From Patescibacteria group bacterium (GTDB taxonomy: Bacteria; Patescibacteriota; Minisyncoccia; Phycocordibacterales; PALSA-1337), in contig JAZKJN010000006.1 in NCBI GenBank assembly GCA_040384285.1, positions 46,709 through 110,708 of the forward strand: 64,000 bases of DNA, written 5' to 3'. This document shows, one piece after another, positions 36,273 through 44,964 of this stretch (position 1 is its first letter; every line of letters starts with the position of its first letter). The notes under the pieces are model-generated. The model was not told where the DNA came from and searched no databases. It saw only the letters and a program-made list of their open reading frames with translations. Position numbers and translations under genes: made by a program.

Positions 36273-37250
36273 CTACTTCCCCTCCTTCAAATACCTCTTC
36301 ACAATCACTTCCACCTCCCCCACATTGTTTGTCTCCATAAGTTCCACACGAAGTTCCTTTGCGCTATCCCATCCCGAAACAGACGCTTTAAAATGTTTTT
36401 TCATCAATGCAAAATTTTTCACATCTCCCAAAAGTTTGTCGAAAAGCTGTGCATGCTCGAGCATCACAGTGAGTCGCTCTGCCACAGGAAGTTCCTGTAC
36501 ATTTTTTCCACTAAAACACCACGGGTTTCCAAAAATTCCCCGTCCAATCATTGCTCCATCGCATCCACTTTCAGAAACTTTTTTACGTGCATCTTCAAGA
36601 TTCACAGCATCACCATTGCCAAGCAGGACTGTCTCGGGTGCAAGCTTGTCTCGCAGAGCCACGATCTCTTTCATATAGTCCCAGTGGGCTGGAACATCAG
36701 ACATTTCTTTTCGTGTACGCAAATGCACGGTGAGTGCTGCCACACCTTCTTCCAAAATTTGTGGGATCCAGGTTGCAATTTCAACTTTGTTGTACCCCAC
36801 ACGAGTCTTTACCGACACCGGCAAATTAGGCGCACCTTCTTTTGCTGCACGGATGACAGCACGCGCCACCTCTGGATTTTTCATCATCGCCGCCCCTGCG
36901 CCCTGCTTCTCCACTGACTTGTCCGGACACCCCATGTTGATATCGATACCATCAAAGCCGAGTTCTTGTGCCAGTGCTGCCGCTTCACGCATTTTTTCTG
37001 GATGTGCAGTGAAAAGTTGAGCAACGATAGGTCGTTCGCTTTCTGAAAATTCAAGATCTCTCAAAAGAGCCTTTTTGCCAGGAGAACAAAGTCCATCGGC
37101 CGAGACAAACTCTGTCCACGTCACGTCAGGTTTTCCATACTTTGCAATGAGACGCCGAAAAGCAGCATCTGTCACATTTGCCATAGGGGCAAGGACAAAC
37201 ATAGGCTTTTTAAGCTGTTTCCAAAAATTGACAGGATTTCCTTTTTTCAT
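36273..37250 (-). CDS. dus: tRNA-dihydrouridine synthase
   Basis: LAPMANVTD, DINMGCP, SVKTRVG, GNGD, MIGRG. Confidence 0.93.
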   Translation of the reverse strand: MKKGNPVNFWKQLKKPMFVLAPMANVTDAAFRRLIAKYGKPDVTWTEFVSADGLCSPGKKALLRDLEFSESERPIVAQLFTAHPEKMREAAALAQELGFDGIDINMGCPDKSVEKQGAGAAMMKNPEVARAVIRAAKEGAPNLPVSVKTRVGYNKVEIATWIPQILEEGVAALTVHLRTRKEMSDVPAHWDYMKEIVALRDKLAPETVLLGNGDAVNLEDARKKVSESGCDGAMIGRGIFGNPWCFSGKNVQELPVAERLTVMLEHAQLFDKLLGDVKNFALMKKHFKASVSGWDSAKELRVELMETNNVGEVEVIVKRYLKEGK

Positions 37251-37265
37251 TGAAACTACATCCTA

Positions 37266-38291
37266 CTACCTCAAGGCCTCATCAAGCAAATCCAGAATAT
37301 CGTTGTCACGAGTAGCACTGCCGAGAATTACCACCGCATAGAGTCGCTGTTGTTTACCGAGATTGAAGAGTGAGATACTGGTACGATCTGCCTCTGGTGT
37401 ATACCCATTCTTTCCACCAGCGTATGAAGCGAGGTTTAGAAAATGTGTAGGATTGGTCCAAGTATGTGTACGGACTGTTTTTGATTTTAAAAGAGTAATG
37501 TCGAGAATGTCGGGATCATTTTCTTGAATCCAGTTGATGATGACGGAGAGGTCGCGGGCTGTGGAAACATTTTTTGGAGAAAGACCTGAAGGGTCAGCAA
37601 AGTATGTTCGATATGCCCCGATACTGTTTACCCATTCATTCATCTCTTTCAAGAAACTTTGACGGCCCACCGGATATTCTCCGTATGACTGAGCAAGTGC
37701 TTCTGACGCATCGTTACTTGAAACCATAAGAAGAGGATAGAGGAGCTCGCTTGCACGAAGTTTCTCCCCCACTCGGAGGCGCCCTTCATTACCATACGCA
37801 GCAAGCATCTTGCTATCGAGAGTGATGTAGGAATTTTCATTGAGAATCTTTCGCGCGACAACTGCGGTTACAAGCTTTGTGACGGAAGCGATGGGGAGCA
37901 ATCTGTCTGCATCTTTTTCAAGCACCACCGCATCACGATCAAGATCAATCACCACATAGGAAGGAGCTGAGACCGTCACCTTGCCTGTAGTAGGAAGAGA
38001 ATTTTTTGCACTTTCTATGATCTCTCGTCCGTCATCTGCGGAGTATATAAAGACGCGGGAAAAACGAGAGACGAACGTGGGATCTTCTTCACCTTCTTCG
38101 AGTACATGAGTGTCGATATCATCGGCATGGAGACTTGCAGTCATTTCCGTATCAACCTCGAGAGCCTGGGTGGCAAAGACAGAGCTTCTCGTAAACAGAG
38201 TAAAGGCGAAAATCGCACAGAAAGCAATGAAGCCCCCAGTGGCCATAGCAGTTAACATTGAAAATACAAGCGTAGTGATCTGTTTCGGCAT
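37266..38291 (-). CDS. S11 family D-Ala-D-Ala carboxypeptidase
   Basis: ASVTK (SxxK), SSN, KNG. Confidence 0.88.
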   Translation of the reverse strand: MPKQITTLVFSMLTAMATGGFIAFCAIFAFTLFTRSSVFATQALEVDTEMTASLHADDIDTHVLEEGEEDPTFVSRFSRVFIYSADDGREIIESAKNSLPTTGKVTVSAPSYVVIDLDRDAVVLEKDADRLLPIASVTKLVTAVVARKILNENSYITLDSKMLAAYGNEGRLRVGEKLRASELLYPLLMVSSNDASEALAQSYGEYPVGRQSFLKEMNEWVNSIGAYRTYFADPSGLSPKNVSTARDLSVIINWIQENDPDILDITLLKSKTVRTHTWTNPTHFLNLASYAGGKNGYTPEADRTSISLFNLGKQQRLYAVVILGSATRDNDILDLLDEALR

Positions 38292-38309
38292 GCTTTTATA
38301 TCTATACCT

Positions 38310-39170
38310 CTATTTTAGTACGTAAAAGATATTATTGCCAAAGCGAAGGTTGATATATTCAAAAATTGGAGTAGTGGAAGTTCCCAGTTTCTTGTTTTGG
38401 GCGCTATCCCAGAAGGCGGTGAGGTTTGAAGAAGTCTTTTCAAGTGACGATCGATCATCAAAATAAATAATCGCCTCGGAGAGGTCTCTGTTCTTGATAT
38501 AGAGTTCATACATTCCATCTTCTCCCACAAGCATTCCTAAAACTGAGATGCCGCGGAGAGTGAGGGATTTTACAAAAGCCTGAAATTCTTTAAAGCGACC
38601 AGTATCTACAAAATTTTTCCCTACCGGATCTACCCCTTCATCAGACCGTATATAATAGCGGACATAGACTCCACTTGAAAACTCCGGTGCGGGTGCAAAG
38701 ACGTATCCCTCATCATCAGCAAAAAAACATTTCTCCTCTGTCTCAAGAACATCTTTTTCATGAAAACCTGGACAGACGAGCACTGATGGCTTTCTCTCCT
38801 CAATCTTGATCGCAAGACCCGAGAGACCCTTACGAGAAACTGCAACTTTCTCAACTTCTTTAAATGACTCGAGTACCATCTCTTTTATCTTTGCTTTTGA
38901 AAGAAAAAGTGTGCCAGCTTTTGGAAAGACTCCGAGGTATACTCCGGCCAAAGTCTCGTGTGTACGCTCCTCCACCTCTGTTTTATCGATAGTCACCGCA
39001 CCCTCGACAACAACCTTTGAAATTCTTAGAAAAGGAGCTCGGAACAAAAGGACAAATGCCACAATCACTGAAATACCTGCAACAGAGAAAATGGAATACG
39101 TGAGGATACGCTTTTTTCTCCTTCGCTCAAGCACTTTTTTTGATTGTAAGATCTGTGAACGTTTGTTCAT
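38310..39170 (-). CDS. FtsQ/DivIB-like cell division protein
   Basis: Basic N-terminus, TM, POTRA-like region, IEERKP, C-terminal YINLRF. Confidence 0.75.
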   Translation of the reverse strand: MNKRSQILQSKKVLERRRKKRILTYSIFSVAGISVIVAFVLLFRAPFLRISKVVVEGAVTIDKTEVEERTHETLAGVYLGVFPKAGTLFLSKAKIKEMVLESFKEVEKVAVSRKGLSGLAIKIEERKPSVLVCPGFHEKDVLETEEKCFFADDEGYVFAPAPEFSSGVYVRYYIRSDEGVDPVGKNFVDTGRFKEFQAFVKSLTLRGISVLGMLVGEDGMYELYIKNRDLSEAIIYFDDRSSLEKTSSNLTAFWDSAQNKKLGTSTTPIFEYINLRFGNNIFYVLK

Positions 39171-39182
39171 TCTAAAGCGATG

Positions 39183-40442
39183 CTATGCGATGACACTTTT
39201 GCCCATGTATTTCTGGAGTACTTCAGGAATCTGTATCGTACCGTCAGCCTGCTGGAAGTTTTCCACGAGAGAAACGAGGATGCGAGGTGTGGGGATAGCT
39301 GTACAGTTCAAAGAGTGGGCGTAGCGAAGCTTTCCCTCTGCGTCTCTGTAACGAATATTGAGTCGTCGTGTCTGAAAGTCATGGAAATATGAAGCAGAAG
39401 AAATCTCGCGATACTTGCCTTCCTTTGGAACCCAGAGTTCAACATCGTATTTTTTCACCTGACCAAGACCGAGATCTCCACCACAGTTGATGACGGTGTG
39501 ATATGGGATGCCGAGTGATTCGATGAATTCCTCGCTATTTCGATTCACTTCCTCATGGAATTTCACTGATGTTTCGTGATTCGCTTCACAGAGTATCAAT
39601 TGCTCAAATTTAAAGAACTCGTGCACGCGGATAAGTCCTTTGACATCCTTGCTGTGTGCGCCTACTTCACGTCGATAGCATGGAGAAAAACCGAGATATC
39701 GATACGGCAAATCTTTCATTTCCAAAACCTCATCTCCATACATAGACATGAGTGGAACTTCAGCAGTACCGGCCAGCACATCACCATCTTGAGTTGTATA
39801 AAAATCTTCTACATCACCTGGAAGATGCGCAGTACCGTAGAGTGCAACCTTGCGTACAATAGAAGGGGCAATGATAGGGATAAATTTCTTGTTTGAATAG
39901 AAGTCGAGAGCATATTGCCAGATTGCAAAAGAAAGACGAGCTCCATCGCCAGTCAAAAAATATCCTCGGAACCCGTGCACCTTTGTTCCCCGCTCAAAGT
40001 CCACCATCTTGAGCTTTGTCATGAGCTCGACATGATCTTTTGGTTCAAAAGCAAAGTTTGGCTTCTCCCCCCAAGTCTTTATCTCCTGATTGTCCTCGTC
40101 AGTATCTCCGTCGGGTACAGAAATATCAGGAATATTTGGAACCCTCAACATCAGCCCTTGCCATTCCTTCATTGTTTCTTTCAAAGTCTCCTCTTCTTTC
40201 TGAAGTGCGTCCTTGACCGTCTTCATCTCGGCAATCATAGCTTCGCGTTCCTCAGGTGTTGCCTTTTGGATCTTGTCAGAAACAAGATTTTGTTCAGAAC
40301 GCTTTTTTTCGATAGAAGCAAGAAGCTCCTTTCGAGTGTCATCGAGCTTCAAAAGAGCTTCGATATCTACATCGACATGCTTTTTCTTTGCTCCCATCGC
40401 CACCACGTCCTTGTTCTCTCGGATGAATTTGATATCTAACAT
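39183..40442 (-). CDS. serS: Serine--tRNA ligase
   Basis: MLDIKFIREN, GTAEVP, YRRE, GLIRVHEF, REISSAS, ENFQQADG. Confidence 0.98.
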   Translation of the reverse strand: MLDIKFIRENKDVVAMGAKKKHVDVDIEALLKLDDTRKELLASIEKKRSEQNLVSDKIQKATPEEREAMIAEMKTVKDALQKEEETLKETMKEWQGLMLRVPNIPDISVPDGDTDEDNQEIKTWGEKPNFAFEPKDHVELMTKLKMVDFERGTKVHGFRGYFLTGDGARLSFAIWQYALDFYSNKKFIPIIAPSIVRKVALYGTAHLPGDVEDFYTTQDGDVLAGTAEVPLMSMYGDEVLEMKDLPYRYLGFSPCYRREVGAHSKDVKGLIRVHEFFKFEQLILCEANHETSVKFHEEVNRNSEEFIESLGIPYHTVINCGGDLGLGQVKKYDVELWVPKEGKYREISSASYFHDFQTRRLNIRYRDAEGKLRYAHSLNCTAIPTPRILVSLVENFQQADGTIQIPEVLQKYMGKSVIA

Positions 40443-40543
40443 AGTGTGTACATGATAGCAAAAAGAAGGCGTAATTGAAAGAAAAAGAAACCACCCCGTA
40501 ACTACTGCTAGTTGCGGGGTGTGTTTGTGTGACTGAATGAGCT

Positions 40544-41029
40544 TCAGGAGATGGCTTGATCAAACTCCTTCCGGATATCGCAAGCTAAATCCGTAATGAA
40601 GGCATCCGGAGTGTAGCAACGTCCGGCATTCACGGCGAGGATGGCGACGATGGGAGTTGTCTGACCTATCTTGTGAAAATGGAAAGGTTTGCCAACTTCC
40701 AGGACAGCTTTTTCGATTTCTCCCGGAGGAAAAATGAAGCTGTTAATTTTTCCTCTCCGCCCCACACCTTTGTTCTCTTTGACGTTGGCAAGGAGCCAGC
40801 GGTGAGACACCTCATCCTGCCAAATCTTGTAGAGGTTGCCAGACGATGTGGTGAAATAAACTTCGGTGAAGGCATCACCGCCCAGCATGGCCGGGTTCGA
40901 TATGTTGGACAATTGGAATATCGCGAATCCCCGACCCAGGTATGGACCCGTCGAATTAGGGAGGCCTACGGACTTGTTGAGAGCAACCTGAAGGTTGGCT
41001 GCAGTGACTTTAATTGATTCAGCGGTCAT
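40544..41029 (-). CDS. Hypothetical protein
   Basis: GAGGAG RBS before MTAES; terminator at ~40480-40522. Confidence 0.6.
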   Translation of the reverse strand: MTAESIKVTAANLQVALNKSVGLPNSTGPYLGRGFAIFQLSNISNPAMLGGDAFTEVYFTTSSGNLYKIWQDEVSHRWLLANVKENKGVGRRGKINSFIFPPGEIEKAVLEVGKPFHFHKIGQTTPIVAILAVNAGRCYTPDAFITDLACDIRKEFDQAIS

Positions 41030-41178
41030 AACAGAGTATCTCCTCAATTTCTTCACACACTCGTTAATGAGAATGTTCATGGAAATCTTTTCGCACTATA
41101 TCATATTTAATGCTAATGTCAATAGATAAATATGCCCGATTTTATAAAGATTTTATCTCGCCTGTGTATGATAGGTTG

Positions 41179-42063
41179 GTGAAACAAAATCAAAAAGAAA
41201 CAATAATTTTAGAGAGTCAATCAATCCCCCACCTTCTGCAACATATCCCTCATCCACCAAAGAAACTTTTTCTGCAGGGCAAGCTTCCCCACCCTGAAGC
41301 AAAGATTCTCTGTGTAGTGGGATCAAGAAAATATTCAAAGTATGGAGAAGAGGTGACAAAAAAACTCGTCATGGGGCTCAAGGGATACAATATATGTATT
41401 GTCTCGGGCTTGGCACTTGGGATAGACAGTATTGCGCATCGTACAGCACTGGAAACTGGTTTGCATACTGTTGCCTTCCCTGGCTCCGGACTTGATCCTT
41501 CAGTTCTCTACCCTCCTCGACATGCCCGACTCGCAGAAGAAATACTCTACGCGGGTGGAGCTCTGATATCAGAATTTGAAATGCACGAGCGAGCCGCACG
41601 GTGGATGTTTGAAAAAAGAAATCGACTGCTCGCAGGCTTTTCTCATGCAACACTCATCATAGAAGCAGGACTGAAATCCGGCACCATGATCACTTCCAAA
41701 TACGCAAACGACTACAACCGCGACCTCGCTGCAGTTCCAGGAGATATTTTCTCGCCCCTTTCCGAAGGACCACATCAATTGATCCGTATGGGTGCAGTAC
41801 CCGTCACCTCAAGTAGAGATATTTTAGAAATGCTTGGATTTGAATTGCCAGATGAGCCTCGAGTACCTATCCAAGAAAATCTTTTACTTTCACTCACTGA
41901 AAACGAACGCAAAATTATCGAATATTTAAAAGTTGAGTCGCACACCAGCGAGGAGCTTGTCAGAAAAAGCGAACTTTCTGCACGAGAGATCAATGAAATA
42001 GTTTCGTCGCTTGAAATACAAGGACTGGTAGATACTTCGTATGGGAAAGTAAAATTGAAATAA
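41179..42063 (+). CDS. dprA: DNA-processing protein DprA
   Basis: VVGSRK, VSGLALGID, RNRLLAG, EAGLKSG, VPGDIF, C-terminal wHTH; start uncertain. Confidence 0.95.
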   Translation: MKQNQKETIILESQSIPHLLQHIPHPPKKLFLQGKLPHPEAKILCVVGSRKYSKYGEEVTKKLVMGLKGYNICIVSGLALGIDSIAHRTALETGLHTVAFPGSGLDPSVLYPPRHARLAEEILYAGGALISEFEMHERAARWMFEKRNRLLAGFSHATLIIEAGLKSGTMITSKYANDYNRDLAAVPGDIFSPLSEGPHQLIRMGAVPVTSSRDILEMLGFELPDEPRVPIQENLLLSLTENERKIIEYLKVESHTSEELVRKSELSAREINEIVSSLEIQGLVDTSYGKVKLK

Positions 42064-42109
42064 AAAAAGCGATGTCCTGTGACACCGCCTTTGCAGTTTG
42101 ACCTCAATC

Positions 42110-43036
42110 TCACGACATCCAATGAGCTTGGAATTCCTCCAGCGATAGCCGTGAGGCTCTGTGGAAGATGTTGCGATATCGCTTCGTCGTGTCCTGGACA
42201 GCCTTGGATGAAAAAGAAAGTGGCTTCTTAGGGCCGCTCGCCCATTCCCTTTCGGCTTCGTCCCGAAGAGGCTGCTTGTCGAGAAACAATGAATCTTCCC
42301 CCTCCTTGATCTCGTAGAGCTCAGTAAATCGACTACTGTCAGGAGTGACAACTTCATCAGCCATATAGAACTTGCCATTATCATCGAATCCCACTTCAAA
42401 CTTGGAATCCACGAGTTCAATCCGATGACCTAAGAGCAAGTCGCGTGTACAATTGTACACGCGCGCCGACAAGGCACAAGCTTCTGGATACGCCCCCTCC
42501 ACAAAAGCAGCGGAGATAGGATCATCTGTATCTGACTTGTGGGTAGGAGTGAACACGGGCTGAGGAAAACGATGCATGAGTTTGATACCCCGCGGTAAAT
42601 CGAGACCATAGGGATCGGGCTCACCCTTTGAATAGAACTTCCTCCACAGACTACCGGCCATGTAGGCTCGGAAAATAAACTCAAAAGGAATGATGGTGAG
42701 TTTTTTCACAATGATTGCACGAAGATGCAGATCATCAGGGTAATCGAACCGATTACCTGGCAAGTATTTGTAGATCTTGAGACCATACACCATCAAGTGA
42801 TGGGGGATTCCTTTCTGTGTAAGGAGACCTGTGAACCAGAAGATGGTGAACGCAGTGAGCACATAGTCCTTTTGGGGAATTGTATTCAGATGAATCACAT
42901 CGTGGGTGGAAACCCTGCATGTCGCCACGATCAAGAGGAGGTCAGGATGGCCGGGAATTTCAAACGTATCCCGAGTCTTGCCCTGATGGACAAGTTTGAG
43001 ACTCGAGAGAGCGGGCGGAAAAGACAGTTTTTTCAT
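42110..43036 (-). CDS. purC: SAICAR synthetase
   Basis: GKTRD, RVSTHD, FTPTHK, DSKFEVG, DEVVTPDSSRF, DKQ. Confidence 0.9.
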   Translation of the reverse strand: MKKLSFPPALSSLKLVHQGKTRDTFEIPGHPDLLLIVATCRVSTHDVIHLNTIPQKDYVLTAFTIFWFTGLLTQKGIPHHLMVYGLKIYKYLPGNRFDYPDDLHLRAIIVKKLTIIPFEFIFRAYMAGSLWRKFYSKGEPDPYGLDLPRGIKLMHRFPQPVFTPTHKSDTDDPISAAFVEGAYPEACALSARVYNCTRDLLLGHRIELVDSKFEVGFDDNGKFYMADEVVTPDSSRFTELYEIKEGEDSLFLDKQPLRDEAEREWASGPKKPLSFSSKAVQDTTKRYRNIFHRASRLSLEEFQAHWMS

Positions 43037-43130
43037 GAGAGGAATCTTTCGTTGTTTTACTCACAGTTTATGTCGAGGACGCCTAGGAAACGTCTGGGGT
43101 AAAATTACAACAAATCATAGAGAAAGGCAA

Positions 43131-43697
43131 TTAATACTTCCTGATCACCCCCTTCACCACCGCAGCAATATTCATCTCATATTCAGGATAAATGGCACTG
43201 TACTTTTTGTTTGCAGGTTCAAGGAAAATTGCCTTGCCTGGCTTTTTACGTAAATATTTCATGGTCCATCCACCGTCCACTTCAGCAATGACGATGTCAC
43301 CATCTTTTGGTTCCTTCACACGTTCGACGACAACAAGATCACCTTCTTGTATCGCTGCTTCGATCATTGAGTCCCCTTTCACCTCGAGAATAAAAGTTTT
43401 AGAAGCATCTCGTACGAGGTATTCCTCAAAATTCATCATATCTAAAAGCTCTTCTTCAGCCACTGTGGGCAGTCCAGCTTCCACAAGCCCCAAAAAAGGC
43501 ACTTCACCGATCATTGTTTTCGGTGTGAGCCTTCCTTGAGCATCTTTTGCTATAGCACCTTCCGCAACCAGCTTGTTCACAAGCTTGTACACTGCATTCT
43601 TGGACTTGAAACCGAGAAGATCCATGATCTCCGTATAGCTCGGCATACGTTTCTTGCTCTTATAAAAAGAAATGATTTTGTTCTTGTAGTCAGACAT
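43131..43697 (-). CDS. lexA: LexA-family repressor (S24 peptidase)
   Basis: PSYTEI wHTH, VEAG cleavage site, GDSM Ser, TMKY Lys. Confidence 0.9.
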   Translation of the reverse strand: MSDYKNKIISFYKSKKRMPSYTEIMDLLGFKSKNAVYKLVNKLVAEGAIAKDAQGRLTPKTMIGEVPFLGLVEAGLPTVAEEELLDMMNFEEYLVRDASKTFILEVKGDSMIEAAIQEGDLVVVERVKEPKDGDIVIAEVDGGWTMKYLRKKPGKAIFLEPANKKYSAIYPEYEMNIAAVVKGVIRKY

Positions 43698-43700
43698 GAT

Positions 43701-43916
43701 TTAAAATACGAGAGTTGAAACGATATGATTGAGCCGGCCGAGGAAACTAAAGGATGAGCTTGGGTATCGAGTGACTGTATTGAGCTTTCGCACGAGAATC
43801 TTATGTCGCTCCCCAAGTGCCTTGTATGAACGACCTTGAATGATCCTTCGATCGATCTCTTCATTGAGCTTTTGAATCTCTTTTCGAAGCTCTTTTACAA
43901 AAGTGTGTTTGCTCAT
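43701..43916 (-). CDS. Hypothetical basic protein co-transcribed with lexA
   Basis: 71-aa ORF ending 3 nt before the lexA start. Confidence 0.7.
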   Translation of the reverse strand: MSKHTFVKELRKEIQKLNEEIDRRIIQGRSYKALGERHKILVRKLNTVTRYPSSSFSFLGRLNHIVSTLVF

Positions 43917-43955
43917 TGGTTTTATATAATTAATCTACTAAATCCTTATGTAGAT

Positions 43956-43984
43956 AGTATAGGTGAACGCTCGTTCACCGTCAA
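43956..43984 (-). promoter_or_regulatory. Sigma-70 promoter with putative LexA operator in the spacer
   Basis: TTGACG-17-TATACT; palindrome GGTGAACG-N2-CGTTCACC (43962-43979) containing GAAC-N4-GTTC. Confidence 0.8.
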
Positions 43985-44001
43985 TATAAATCTGTGGATA
44001 A

Positions 44002-44343
44002 CTACTCTTTTTTCTTCTTTTTTGTTTTCACCTTTGGAAGTGGCGCATGCTCTGCAGTGATTGAGATCAATTCCCGGAGCCATTGCCGATCTTCAAGCTT
44101 GTCCGAATCAATCATCATCCAAGGTTTGGCTCCTGGATATGGTGCACCTTCTTTGTAGAGATCTTCGACAAAAGTCTTTCCTTCTTCAGTGATCTTTACA
44201 AACAGAGTATCATCGCAGACAAGGGCCACAACTTTTCCACTACAATAGAGTGCATACTCGCCAAACATTTTTCGCGATGTGACCACTTCACCTCCCGCGA
44301 GTTGATCGAGAATATAATCAATAGTCGACTGTTGCGTGGACAT
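44002..44343 (-). CDS. TfoX/Sxy N-terminal family protein
   Basis: RKMFGEYALY.....ALVCDDTLFVK, PYPGAKP. Confidence 0.9.
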   Translation of the reverse strand: MSTQQSTIDYILDQLAGGEVVTSRKMFGEYALYCSGKVVALVCDDTLFVKITEEGKTFVEDLYKEGAPYPGAKPWMMIDSDKLEDRQWLRELISITAEHAPLPKVKTKKKKKE

Positions 44344-44908
44344 GAATTGATTTTAGCACAGCCTGTCTCTCCTTGTAGTCTGGCATCACTTCCCGCACCT
44401 TATCCCAAAACTTCTTTGAATGGTTCTTCTCTACTATATGCGCAAGTTCATGTACAATCACATAGTCGACAGTCGTAAGCGGAGCCATGACAAGTCTCCA
44501 GCTAAAATTAATTGTATTTCTCGGACCACAGCTTCCCCATCGCGTCTTTGCACCATTAATACTCATTGATCGATATGTCCAACCAGTGAGCTTGCTGTAG
44601 TACTCTATTCTCTCAGTCAATATTTCTCGAGCCTTTTTCTTGTACCAGTTTTCTGTTTCTTTTTTATTCTTAAAATCGATTGTGTTTACTTCACCCAAAT
44701 ACATAAGTCTTGTATCTTTTTTCTCTACTACACGCTTACGAAAATATTCCTGCTTTTTTTCGATCCATTCACCCTTCTTTTCTACAAGCCGGTCGATGTA
44801 GCCTTTTGAAACAAACAAAGGAGCGCGGACAACCAAGGTGGCATCACGAGAGATAGTGAGGGCAATAGAACGACGACGAGAACGGATGAGGGTGTAGGCG
44901 TGGGGCAT
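44318..44908 (-). CDS. M48/YgjP (DUF45) family metallohydrolase
   Basis: RSRRRSI, TRWGSC, YVIVHELAH, NHSKKFW. Confidence 0.9.
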   Translation of the reverse strand: MPHAYTLIRSRRRSIALTISRDATLVVRAPLFVSKGYIDRLVEKKGEWIEKKQEYFRKRVVEKKDTRLMYLGEVNTIDFKNKKETENWYKKKAREILTERIEYYSKLTGWTYRSMSINGAKTRWGSCGPRNTINFSWRLVMAPLTTVDYVIVHELAHIVEKNHSKKFWDKVREVMPDYKERQAVLKSIHVHATVDY

Positions 44909-44964
44909 GGAGGAAGTATAGCAAAAAAACATACTCATCTCTTTTCTAAACCCATTTAAAGCCG

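Noticed and set aside
44002-44908. M48/YgjP and TfoX genes as novel RM components
   Set aside because: YgjP-like genes are well-known neighbours of hsdR, and this one has its own leaderless promoter
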